Positions 24,679-36,920 of a DNA stretch of 64,000 nucleotides are shown piece after piece. Positions within the stretch are counted from its first letter, which is position 1. Each line of letters begins with the position of its first letter. The translations under genes and the position numbers were made by a program. Source of the DNA: Psammoneis japonica (lineage: Eukaryota); contig QPGO01000024.1 in the NCBI GenBank assembly GCA_008632985.1, positions 449,848-513,847 of the forward strand, in the 5' to 3' direction. The notes beneath the pieces were generated by a model. The model was not told the DNA's origin. It worked only from the letters and a program-made list of their open reading frames with translations, and did no database searches.

Positions 24679-25339
24679 CTAGGCTTTGTCGTCGTCGGTC
24701 AGAGCTTTCCATAAACCAACTCCGGCTTGAAAGAGACCACTGCTGACACTACTCAAACCCCAACCAACAGCACCAACTGCGGCGCGCTTCATTGCTGCAC
24801 CAGGATCGGCAATGGTAGAGTGTCGATCGTATCGTTTACGAGTGCGCATGTCGGAAAGAATTTCATATGCTAACTTTATTCGCTCCCATTCATCTCGAAC
24901 TTCATCGTGATTGTTGCTGAAGCACGGATTTACAAAAAAAAGGTTTTGAATGCATCTGCTGTGCATACTGTACAAGTAATGCCAAAAAAACCTAGAAATC
25001 ATACAGTACGTACCAGCTTCCTGGAAGAATGTCGCGGTGCCTTGCTCCATCGGGGTGGTATCGACGAGATAGCTTTTTGTATTTATCACGAATCTCTTTA
25101 CGGTCGGCATTTCTCGGAACCTTGAGGACTCGGTATGGATCGAGTATCTCACCGCTTGCTGTTTTAAATTCATCCAATAAGAACGAGGATTCGCTGTCTT
25201 CCGATGGAAGATTTCTTATCGGAGATGCTACGTTATGGGGCGCAACGCGAGCAATGCTTCGACCGACAGAAGTGGGACAGAAACCGGCCACAGTCGAGTC
25301 CGAAACAGCCAGAAGAAACAGAAGATAAGGAAGTCTCAT
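24679..25339 (-). CDS. DnaJ (J-domain) protein, probably plastid-targeted; exons 25339-25014 and 24916-24679
   Basis: DPYRVLKV...EIRDKYKKLSRRYHPD; GT-AG intron 25013-24917 joins GSC-NNHDEVRDEWERIKLAYEILSD..RKRYD; signal peptide with VAG-FCP motif. Confidence 0.9.
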
Positions 25340-25557
25340 ATTCGCGAACGACAAAAACAATCAGGAAAAGCTTAGAAGTAGTTTCAACCACAAGGCACCT
25401 CGAGCCTCAAGTAATGCAGACAAGTGGAACGGTAAGCTGTGCAAGTATGAAACGATAGGGCTAACTCTAGAGCGCTGTCTGTAGCTAATGCCCATGTCCG
25501 TCGAAGGCAGAAAGAGAAAAAGTTGAAAGTGTCACAAGAAAGCAAAATCAGCAATCG

Positions 25558-27705
25558 CTGACCAGGGATACAGCATTTTATGAGAAAAGGAAAAGAAAGC
25601 AAAAAATAAACATTTTTTAATGAAGTTTTGACACGGGGCGCTGTAGCACCGCAGTGCGCAGTGCAGACGGACGCATGCAGGTGCAGACGCGCCACGTCCC
25701 GGCGACAATTGCAAGCAAGTGGTGGAGGCAGGCCGTTGAGGAACTCGGGAGCGGCAGGCAGGGTGCGTCAGGCACGTCGAATTCGGTACGAAGTGTCATG
25801 CGTTCATGCGCGCAGAAGGATGTGGATCGCCAATGCCTGGAACACAGCACACAGCAGTCAGCACACCTCTGTCATCATGGCATCAGAATGGCAGAGGAGA
25901 ACATCGTTCCGTCTGGCAAAGCAGCTCCGGAAGTCGTGGCACAACTCACGGGCACCAAAGGCATGACTGCGGCGGCAGTTGCCACAGCTGCACTCGGTGC
26001 CGCGGGAAGTGCCGAGGGTGTGTCCGTCGAGTCTGAACACGCAAGGATGTCAGAGAAGCCGGCGCAGCCCCAAAGTGAAAATGGGGAGAAAGCCGTGCCG
26101 CCGGAGCCAACCTTTCAAATTTGCAGTTTGAAAGAAGTGGAGCAGCTGGGTTGCACCGCCGAGCAGCTCCTTTTGGCTGGTTGCAAGATTGACGTGTTGG
26201 GTGGACAGGCCACCATCCTGAAACTGAGGTCCTGGCTCTTTGCGGCGGCAAAAGCGAGGAGGCAGCCAAGCCGCAGCTGAAGTGGCCGCAAAAGCAACGG
26301 AGGAAGAGAAAGAGGAAGGAGGAAGAAAAGCAATTTCCGGACCCCAGCGAGCCGTCACTCGACTTGTGGGACTGGTTGTGGTGGCACGAAAAACCCGAAA
26401 ATTTCCAGGAGGCCATGTGGATGATGAAGGATGCGTCGAATCATCCCGGCCTCTGGTTCCCCATGCTGGGAGAACTGTGGTGCATCAGGAGTGACCCTGA
26501 AGCCGTCGCCAATGCCCACGGCGAATGCTGCAATTGCGCAAACACAAAATTGGGGTGCCCAACCACTGCACAACTGTCCAGCAAAACCAACAGTAAAAAT
26601 GCAACAATTTCGTAAAATCGAAAATTTCGATTGGACCAGCACACCACGCAGAAATCTGCACATGCGTCACACAACGTCGAATGGATTTCAACCAACAAAC
26701 CAAGAATGCGTGAACGCAAACGTCCCACAAAACAAAGCAACAGAGAAAAAAATGGATTTGCAACAACAAACAAAGAAGGCAGACAAGCCAAAGAAAACTG
26801 GAGAGGACAAGAAAAGGGTGCAGACAGATGCCGAACTGTTTCAGTCAGCAATGAGAACAAAGAAGACAGGGAGAAATTACGGCGGAAGAAGCAAGAGCGG
26901 CGTTCGAGCTTGCTTCAGGAAATTGTGATGTCTCATCTGCACTTGTGCCAGACAACACGAGAGTGGACGGTTGTCGTGTGGAAGCAACGGTCGTGCCCAG
27001 GGATGATTCAACCATGGAGGAGCCAAAGGCAGCATGGGCGGCAGCACCACCACAGACTGGTGGGAGATTTTTCACCGAGGAGGAGCTGGAAGAAGCAGGA
27101 GCAATGGAGCAGGAGAAGGAGCAAGCAAGGATCCTACAGAACAAGTGTGGACAGAAACAATGGAATGGGCGCAAGTTGCAGCCAACTGTTTGGCAAAGAC
27201 AACCGCATCAATGCGCAAATTTCACACACTCAGACTTTCACTTGAGCCACCGCGGATCGAGCATGGACAGAAATGATGGAATGGGTGCAAGTTGCAACCA
27301 ACTGTTTGGCAAAGACAACCGCATCAATGCGTAAATTTCGTGCACTTACACTTTCACTTAAGCCACCGCACCTCGAATTAGACAACATCAATTGCACTGC
27401 TCTGGCCCCAACGCATGTTAGTCAGGTCGCGTGGGTCGCGCAGAAGTGCGTATGGTACCGTAGCTAGCACCCTGTTACGAAAAGCAACCGTTGTATGTTT
27501 TAATAAATTTGGACGCCCGGCGCAAAACTCACTTAACAATGCAGCAAAATGATTGGTGCAAGCAATCGTCACGCCTCTATTTTCTGATAGTAGCGAGCGC
27601 GGCAATCCAAAATCTTTCGGTTTCAGACTTCGATGTAGAGAGTTCCACCTATGTATAAGAGAGGAGGAACCAATTTGTGTACTTTGCAATATCTATCCTG
27701 GTCAG
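25558..27705. mobile_element. Candidate 2.15-kb non-autonomous or decayed element with short imperfect terminal inverted repeats (domain D)
   Basis: ctgaccagggata (25558-25570) versus tatcctggtcag (27694-27705); interior is TpA-free but CpG-rich. No target-site duplication found. Confidence 0.4.
27148..27379 (+). repeat. 116-bp tandem duplication
   Basis: Units start tggacagaaa at 27148 and 27264. Confidence 0.95.
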
Positions 27706-28192
27706 GGGTGACACACACGCGTGTGTGGCTTTTCGGCTTTTCCAACCAAGCCCAAGGGCCTATCTCCTTTAGGCCTATCTACTCTCTACTCTAGCTAGCT
27801 AGCTCCCGCGGCCGCGCCGCCCCTGCTCTACCTACCGCCCGGCAGAGTAGAGTAGAGTAGTCTATAAATGGCCCGAGTTTAATATCGAGCGGATAAAGGT
27901 GGGATTGACTGAAACGTAACGTCACAAGGACAGGTGAATTGAATTGGGTGATGCTCTGTTATTGGAGATCCTTGTCTGTCGTGGTCTCGGGTCTCGGGAA
28001 CTAAGTGCCCTACTAGGAAACCTATGACAAGGAACTGGAGTTCAGACTCAAAGAATTCGGTGCTTTTTGCAGATTTGCGGTATTTATGATTTTGGGATAA
28101 GAGAGCGAAAGACGATTTCGGTCGCAGCTCAAGTGGCGCCATCAACCTGTCCAGTTTCGACAGACAAAATTCCTTCTTTACTGTGAACTTAT

Positions 28193-31100
28193 GGATCGGT
28201 ATGTTTTGGTTATGAGAGACTGCGTTGAACAGTTGAGCGGATACTCCAAATTCTCATCATTCAGTTCTTCTCCTCTGTACTAACAACAATCCATATCGCG
28301 CGTGCAGAAATCGGGAATCAGTTGGAGGCGGCAGAACTGGATCAGGCGGTACTTGCGCAAGCATAGCTGTCAGCTGTTCTCTGGGACGAGTTATCTCAGA
28401 GCACGACGTTTTCAAAGAGAGCTACAGGAGACATGCACCACGTTGTGAGGAGGGTTGGAGCTGCAAAGAAGGGACTTGATTGACAAGAAAGGACGAATTG
28501 AACCATCAACGAGTGCTGGTGGAACAAGAACGTCGGGAATCTGAAAAAAAACAATACCTGGCTCTATCATGAAAAGCAATAGTACTCAGGATACTTCTAT
28601 TCACACGCAACTAGGAGAACATTTTCCGTTTGCGTCTGCGGGTGAGAAGGAAGTTCGTACTAGTACCATACGCTCTAAACTCGCCGACAAGGCGGTTTTG
28701 CCAAATTGGTAGAGTTTCGAAAACGCGAAGAGAAGATTATCAAGCAGGACCCGCTACTGAAGCAATTGAGACAGCGACAACACTCATCCGAATTCACCAC
28801 CTTCCTTATTCCCATCTTCTCATCTCCACCTTCCACGGGCTGGGCCAGCTTCACCTCTAGACTACCGACAGCAGACCACTGCCACGTCGAACTTGCTTAT
28901 TCATTGCAGCCTGGCCGCACTCCAACCGAGCGAATTCCTTTTTCTGTTTCCTTTCTCATCTGCGCCGCATCTCCACGAGCTTTCGTCGCTGATCTCCGAT
29001 GAACGGCTATCAGCAGGTACTATGGGACCGACTCCAGGCGATCCTCCAACGAATATGCTGCCACCGTCGCCCTCTCCGATACCTCCCAATAGTCTTCCAC
29101 CATAGAATCTACTACAACTCCAGGTGAACCTTCACCATATTCACCCACTACTCCGCAGCCAAATAATGCTCCACGAACTGATTCAGCAGGTTCAGCATCG
29201 GCTTCTGGAGAGCACAACACAGCGCCTCCAAGAAAGTCTTCGCCCACTGCGACCCGCACCCCACCGCCAATAGCACAAGAGATGCGTCCACCGACTGCAA
29301 CTCCAATGCGAAAGCCAAGCCTGCCGCCGACTTTGCAGGCATCACAGAATGCGCCTCCTACAGTTGATCCAACTACACCGCCCCGACTCCAAACCCAACA
29401 TTTGCCTCCCACGTCATCGCCGAAACCATCTCTTCCTCCTACATTAAATCCAACAACGTCTCCCACGCAACCAGTGTCACAAAATCCTACACCGCCTTCT
29501 ACAGCTAATCCGACACCGCCGCTGTCACCGAATCCATCTTTGCCACCGACGCCATTTCCAACGTCACCACCAACACCTCGCTACCTATCATTAATCCAAC
29601 ACCGCCGCCATTTCCTAATCCATCTCTACCACCATCGCACAGTGCGATACCGCCGGCGGAAAAAACCAACCCTAACTCCGACACCTGATCCATCGCCGGT
29701 CACCTACCTGCTACAATTGCACCAGCCTCAGTGTCTCCAACGACAACTGATGGCGTGCTTTCTTCGGTTCTTTCCCGGTGTCCAAAAGGACTGATTGGAG
29801 TACCCAGCTGCAGCTACTGGAGCACTGCCCTCGGCAATCTTTTCGGGTAATGAACCGAGTGGAGCTCCAAGCGCTAACCTTCGAGTGCTTTTCTGCCTTT
29901 TCAAGTCAATCTCCTTCCAGCGAATCAAGTGTGCTCCGTCCACCGTATGTTACCGTCAACGTACTCAGTGACGTGCTGATTTCCGTGCCATCTACTGCAC
30001 CGTACGATGCTCTTTCTTCAGTACCAATTCTGACACCAACAGGAATTGTGCCTTCGTCAGCTCCCTCAACAGCTCAATCATCTATATAAGGGCAGTACAC
30101 CAAGTGAAGCTCCGAGCCTTACCCCCAGTGACGAGCATACTGGTGCCTGTCTAATGCTACATGTCAATCTCCAACAGGTGAATCTAGTGTTGAACCATCT
30201 TTGTCTCCATCCGCGGTTCCCAGTGACGTGCGGATATCGATGTCATCTACTGCGCCCTCCGACTCTCCGTCTGTTGGGCCAAGCTTATCGCATGTGGTAC
30301 AGGACTTGCACTTTTGTCAGCTCCTTTGACAGCTTCATCATCTGTTTCGGGCTGTACACCAAGTGATGCTCCGAGCGAAACGCCGAGTGACAAAATTCTT
30401 GGTACTCCGTCGGTTTTGCCAAGTCAATCTGCAATAGGCGGATCTAATGTTGCACCGTCTTTGTCGCCATTCTGGTTGGCCCATTCAATCACCTACAGGA
30501 TTTTTAGCTTCGTTAGCTCCTACGAAGGTGCCGTTGTCTGTTCCGAGGGATTCACCAGGCGAAGCTCTGACCGAAGCCCCAGTGATGTACCTGCTGATGC
30601 TCCGTCTGCTTTTCCAAGTCGATCTCCAACAGGCGCATCCAGTATTACACCGTCTTTGTCGCCATCCGCTGTTCCCATTGACGTGCAAAATCGATGTTGA
30701 TCTCTTATGCCCTCCGATTCTCCGTCTGTTGGGTGTAGACAATGGCCCATAGGACTTGTACCTTTGTTAGTTGCATCAAGTGAAGATCCGAGGGGAGCCC
30801 CCAGTGAGGCACCCTCTGGTTTTCCGTCAATGTTTTAAGTCGGATGCCGTCAGTTGCTCCCACTGCTTCGTGTTCCAGTGTGCTGTCAACTCTACCCATT
30901 GCTGTTCCGTCCGGAGAAACCTTCAACTTGGTCAGACCTTCTGATGTACCAAGTCAGATCCCTTCCGGTGCTCCGAGTAAATTCCCATCTACCGTAGTGG
31001 ACCAAGGACTGTCCTGAGTGCATTGCTTTCATCATCACCAACTACAGGCCTCAGTGATGCCTCTTCCGGATCATCGTCGACTGCGCGAAGTGGTGCCAAC

Positions 31101-31945
31101 GGTTACTCCGAGTACGGCCGCGCATGCCGTCAGATGCTCCTAGGTCTGATGATATGCCATTCAGCTATCCAAGTATTGTCCGGAGTTCCGAACCATCATC
31201 AGCTCCATCCAAAGGCCCTAGTGGAGCACCTTCGATGGCTCCAAGTGAGTCGCCTTCTGATGTACCAAGATCCCAGTGATCTACCTTCGGTCTTACCCGG
31301 CAGTGCAGCAAACCATGATCCTTTGGAAACATCCACCTCTACACACCCTTTTGCAGCTCCAAGTGCGGACCTCAGTGATACGCCATCGACTACTCCCTCT
31401 GATGTGGCTTCAACAGCACCTTCAGCAGAGCCAGGTGATGTCCCGTCTCCCAAACCTTCGACGGTACCCTTTACAACTCCGTCTGCAATACCGAGTACTG
31501 CTCCCAATCACGTGCCTTCAACAATGACATCTGCAGAACCAAGTGATACCCCATCTCTCACCCCTTCCATTTTGTCCTTTACTACTTTGTCTACAATGCC
31601 GAGTGCTGTTCCTAGTGATGCGCCGTTAACAATGTCATCTGCAGAGCTACAGTATGTGATGTCCCGTCTCTCACCCCTTTGATGGTGACCTCAGCCTCCA
31701 TATGCAGTCCCGAGTGTAGCGCCGACTGATTTACCTTCTACTGCACCTTTGGCAGAACAGAGTGCCCATCAACGGTGCCATCTACTACTCCGTCGTCCAA
31801 ACCAAGTGCAGCTTCTAGTGATGTAGAGTTCCTTCTACAACACCTTCGGCCGAGTGATGTTCCATCTACGATACCCTTGACGGTGCCCTCTACTAGGTTT
31901 CAAGCGTCTCATCCTAGTGTTCAGCCGGATGCCCCAAAAGAGTAA
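28193..31945 (+). pseudogene. Frameshifted gene for a Pro/Ser/Thr-rich (PT / PSxxPS repeat) mucin-like protein
   Basis: Successive frames give PTxxP and PSxxPS repeats (29282-29794, 30314-30700, 31023-31682) interrupted by many stops and frameshifts; internal duplication about 30197-30322 / 30652-30772. Boundaries approximate. Confidence 0.65.
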
Positions 31946-32840
31946 AGGATTCGTTAAAGCTAGTCTCGTGTAATATTTCTATGCATACATGTATTACAAC
32001 TGATTCCAGAGATGCTAGATAGAAGTTAGTTAGACTAGAAGTAGTATCCCCTCGGAAGCGCTATGTCCGGCATCACATTGGCGGTGGGACAGCTCTCGCC
32101 TGAGCCGCTCAATCTCTGCGAATGCGTCATCGCGCTCTTGTCGTAAGCGTCGCGCTTCGGGATTGTCGGGAACCAATCTCCAGTTTGGGCAGAGTTCTTA
32201 TCAAGACAGGGAACAGCTGCACAGGAAGAACTCTGACAGGGAGTTTGCCTTGATCTTCGGACAACAATGCACCCAGGCATTGTGCAATTGCACAGAGGTG
32301 CACAAGGATTCCTTGGGTGGATGTTGATAACAGCAACAATGTCATCCAACAGCTCAAGTCAATTGGGAGCTGCACAATGCAGAGGCAAACACACCAAGGT
32401 CCCGTGCACACAGTTGTTGACTCCAAACACTTGCTGATCACATTGGAGCGCGCAATGTGGTGATCCAGACCACCTTTCTCATGGCGATTTTTTGTTAATC
32501 TATTGTGGCATGCAACTCCATTGTTTCAAACTTTGACAGTTGTGCACATGGTGATAATTTGTTAAATGTGATGAGCAAAAAAGTGCCATTGTGGGTGACC
32601 TCCATTCCCCATGAGATGCAACCTTTAACTGTAAAAATGCAACCTGTTCCCCCTTCAGAGTGCATGCCTTTCTTACCTTTTTAATGTGACATTACAAAGC
32701 CTTTTGACAAAACAAATTTGTGCTGACAAACACTTTCAACGTGGTTTACAAAATTCACATTTCCAGGCATTTGTCAATCAATGGGATGAAACATCTCTCA
32801 ATGAACACTGAATTGCTGCATTCCCAGTTTGTAATTGTTT

Positions 32841-33815
32841 TCAATGAACACTGTTGCATTGCTTTGCCACACTCCATTGTTGCATCAACACAAGGCTCCA
32901 CTCTTTCTCTGCACCGAAGTTTGCCCATTTCCTGCCTCTTCTTATCTTTGCTTCCATCCTCACTTTGTTCTTGTCCGTTGCCTCTTCCTTGTCCTTGCCA
33001 TCATTGCTGGAAAGCTCTGTCATTGCCTGTTTTCTTGCCTCCTTCTCCACCGGCATTTTCTTCCTTTTTGCTCCCTTTCCCTTTTCATCATTCTCCCTTT
33101 TCTTGCCACCACTGTGCCATGTGTTGAACTGCACACCTTCCTCACTTGTCCTGTCTTCTTTCACTTCAGCAAGCAGGGCATTGAATTGCAATGTTCCTTC
33201 ATCATTCCACAAGTCACGCTGTTGGGTTGGGTCTGGTTTTGAGTCCTCTTCCTCATCGTCCCCTGAGTCTTCCCCCCCTCCCACAGTTTTCTCATGAAGG
33301 GCCTTGTGCTCCCAAATCTTCCAGCAGTTTTCCAATGTCAACAGCCCCAGAGCCTTGTTGCTTGCTGCAGTTAGATCTGGAGCCTTGGTCTCACATGACT
33401 CCACCTTCTTTCTCCATGCCACGGTGCTTTTTGTGAATTTTAGGACATTGTCATAGAACCATGCATGTGCTTCCTTGTTCTTGTGCTTTTTGTTCACAAT
33501 TGTGTTCACTGTCTGCTCCTTCCAACTTGCCAGGAATGGTTTTTCATCCGTTGCTTGATCCTTCTTCTTCCTCTTGTGTCTGGCAGTCCACAGGACAAAG
33601 ATTTTGGACACCCAAAATGCAAGGTTTGGGGAACAAAAATTTTGTCTGACTTGCCCTTTTTCATCGATGACACAAGAAATGTGATGATTGCACTGATCTT
33701 GAGAGCTCGCGTGCAAAGAATTTGGCGTTTGACTGGACACAAGGACAAAAGCAGAATTGGCAATGTCATTGACCAGGGGAAACACACTGTGAATCCATGA
33801 TTTTGTGACTTCCAC
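32841..33815 (-). mobile_element. Decayed TE accessory ORF next to the Plavaka-like transposase
   Basis: ASNKALGLLTLENCWKIW and WNDEGTLQFNALLAEVKEDR resemble the S.EA..LL.LENY..W / W..EG..RFN.L...V..DR family seen in diatom transposon neighbourhoods. Confidence 0.55.
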
Positions 33816-34009
33816 ATCAGATCAATCTTGGTCTGAGGTGGCACACACACTTGAAGGGGGGGTCCAACAGGCAGGGCTCACCAGTGCCTGATTGCGGGTG
33901 CTCGAAATTGAACCCTCCCCCAACACAACACACACATGACAGAAAAGTTGTTGTCACTTCTGAGTCCCAGGGCAATCCATCCCCATGCATGCCAGTGAAT
34001 GATGTGAGT

Positions 34010-34270
34010 GACCAGACAAGCCAGACAACATTCCAGTTTGTTCCTGGATCGGCAGCTGGGCCAGTCCAGGCTGGCTGAGGACCAACAACAGAGACAACAA
34101 ATCTGACATTTTTAAAGTCTGACTGGACAGACTGGACAGTGTGGTTGCAGCTCATTCCTGGGTTGGCGGCCTGGCCGGTCCAGGCCGGCTGAGGGCCAAT
34201 GACAAATGATGAATCTGATGGCAAAAATCTGACTGGACAGACTGGATGGCATTCTAATTTGTTCCAGGGT
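34010..34270. repeat. About 2.4 copies of a ~110-bp unit
   Basis: Recurring gactggacag, gtccaggc.ggctgagg, aatctga blocks. Confidence 0.8.
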
Positions 34271-36210
34271 CATGGGTCTTGGGCTCTCTCATCCATTTGT
34301 GTTTCACCGCTTGACTCAATCACCACTTGCCTGCCCAGCTCTGCAGCTGATCAGCTCAACCTGTGTGGGCATGGCTTTGATGCTTTGATGATGTGGTTGT
34401 GAGTTCTCATCTGCCAAGGTGAAAAAACACTTTTGCAGCTGCGCTGTTGTTGCACTCTTGATGCATGTCATGCCAAGACAGTCCCACATCCATTTCACCA
34501 TGGACACCACCAAAACTTGTGGCAGCAGCTCACCAACAGAAGCATGAGGGGCAGGTCTCTCAACGCATGAGGAGTGTCAGTGCCAATGAGAACAGAGGTG
34601 CTTTGGATGCACTCTGTTGTTCAATCACTTGTTTGATGGTCTGCAGCTCTCACTCTGCTTTCAACTGTGTCCAGAATTGATGTTTTTAATCAGAGGGCAA
34701 TGGTTGTTTGTTGGATCCAGAACAAGTTGCAATGTGGACGATCCATTTGGCATTGCTCTTGTGCTTGCATTGGGCGGCATTTTTGCACATCATGTGGCTC
34801 ACATTTGGGCAGATTGCATTGCAGCAATTGGTGGTGTGACATGTGAGGAGGAGCACAGCAGTGCTGCTGATTTTGTCTCACCTCATAACCAACAAATTGA
34901 TGAGTGCTCTGACAACTGCACAGAGTGGACAACACGATTCAGTGTGGGCTGCTTGTGACAATTGCATGTTTTGTTTGACCCACCCATTTTGGTTCTTGTG
35001 CCATGTGCTCATGAGCATCAGTGCCAATTCACTGGTGAGGAGCTGCTTTTGTTTTCCTTGACCAAGGCGTCACTTGCAGTTGACAACACTGTGTTGGCGG
35101 ACAACTGCTTTAGAGGCAGGGATTTGACTGGGCGGTTGCATGGATGCAAGTTGTTTTTGATGTTTCTTGATGACAGATGTGCTCCTGCACTTGGGCAACA
35201 AGGTCTTGAAAGGCAGATTGATGAATTTTTCTTGTTTGCAAGAGCAGCGGAGCGCAAACTAAAGCAACAGGCTACTTGGACTGACCTGGATGCTGCTCAA
35301 GCATGCAACCTGTCCCCAGCCTTGTTTGTCCACCAGGGAATTCAACATTTTTGGTTTTTTAATTTTTCAACATTTGAAACAAATGCTCCAGGGACAGGGA
35401 CAGTTGAGGACTGGGCAGCAGATGCACTGCATTGCCCTGATGCAGATGGCATTCAGTGATTGGTGCACACAGGGTGCAAGAAGTGCACTCATGGCACAAA
35501 GACACTTGCAATGACTTTTCCAAATGGCCTGAGCATCACATGGGGTGCCACTTCAGCTCACAGGCAAGCACACAGTTGTGTGTTGCCAATGTGGTGCTTT
35601 GCATTTCCTGCAAAAACACAGCTGCTTGTCATTCTCACTGCCCTTTGCATTGTTCAAGTTCACCAGAGCTTGCACTGATTTGCAGCACTTGTCAGCCGTG
35701 AACCAACACTTGCTGGATCTTCCGCAAGGCTGCTTTCCAAATGATGGCATGGCATTGTGCTGTGCACGCACAGACCAGGGATTTGCTCAACAAGAGTGCA
35801 TCATTCACCTGTGTCACCCCAGCCACAACAGGCTGGCTCCACTCACACCCATTCAGGTGCTTGAAAATCATTGGCTCAAGGCAGTGCACATCATGGCAAA
35901 GTGGAGCTGCAGCATTGCATGCAATGTTTCTCAAATTTGCAAGGCATTGTGTCCTTTCAAGCCATGCTGTGAAACACCGCATGCTTGTGAGCAGCTTTGC
36001 GTGTCTTTCTTGCTCACAAATTGTTGCATGTGCTTCAACCACAACCAGATTGGTGTGACTGGCACATTTGGTTTTGATCCACCATCAATTCAAAACCACT
36101 TGAATTGCATCAGATCTGTGCCATTACAAACTTGGCGTAGAATGTGGCTTCTTGCATCTTTGTGTTGCATGTTGTTGCCAAACTCATGGCACTTCCATTT
36201 CCTGAAAACT
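34270..36210 (-). mobile_element. Degenerate Plavaka-like transposase
   Basis: Minus-strand fragments HCLEPMIF (cf. LEP..FTL), QCHAII (cf. YH..L) and RVHPKHLCSHWH at about 34617-34580 (cf. RAHP.Y...WYDW). Confidence 0.5.
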
Positions 36211-36214
36211 CGCT

Positions 36215-36920
36215 GGGAATTTAGTGTGCATCAACTGTGGGGTCGTTTGGACACATGGGACACAATTCTGTTCTGCTCAAGGCATGGAAACAAAAATGCT
36301 GCCATTGGAAAGTGCTTGTTCTGCAGATGACATTGATGCTGTTTGTTGTTGCAAAACTTCCATTGCTTCTGGAGCAACACCTGGCTCATGATGATGTGCT
36401 GGGAATTTGGTGCACAACTGTGGGGTTGTTTGGATGTGTGAAAGAACTCTGATCTGCTCAAGGTGTAGAAACAAAAATGCCACCATTGGAAAGCACTTGT
36501 TTGACAGATGACATTAACTCTCTGTTTGTTGTTGCAAAGCTCCCATCACTTCTGGAGCAATGCCTGGCTCATGACAATGCCCTGGGAATTTGGCATGCAA
36601 CTGCGGGGTTGTTTGGATGCACAAAAGACAGTTCTGATCTGCTCAAGGCATGGAGACAAGAACACTGCCATTGTCATTCTGCAGATGACACCAACACTGT
36701 TTGTTGTTGCAAAACTCCTGTTGCTTCTGGAGCAATGCCTGGCTCATGATGACGCACTGGGTGTGAATTTGGCATGCATCTGTGGGGTTGTTTGGACACA
36801 TTTAAGACAATTCTGATTTGCTCAAGGTGTGGAAACAAAAATGCTGCCATCAAAAAGTGCTTGTTCTGTGGATGACATTGGCACTGTTTGTTGTTGCAAA
36901 ACTCCAATTGCTTTTGGAGT
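36215..36920. repeat. About 4 tandem copies of a ~183-bp unit
   Basis: Units start (gg)gaattt near 36215, 36401, 36584, 36766 and share ctgctcaagg, gatgaca, ctgtttgttgttgcaaa, cttctggagcaa, cctggctcatga. Confidence 0.95.

Noticed and set aside
36215..36920. CRISPR-like array
   Set aside because: Whole units are homologous with no unique spacers; eukaryotic context; no cas genes.
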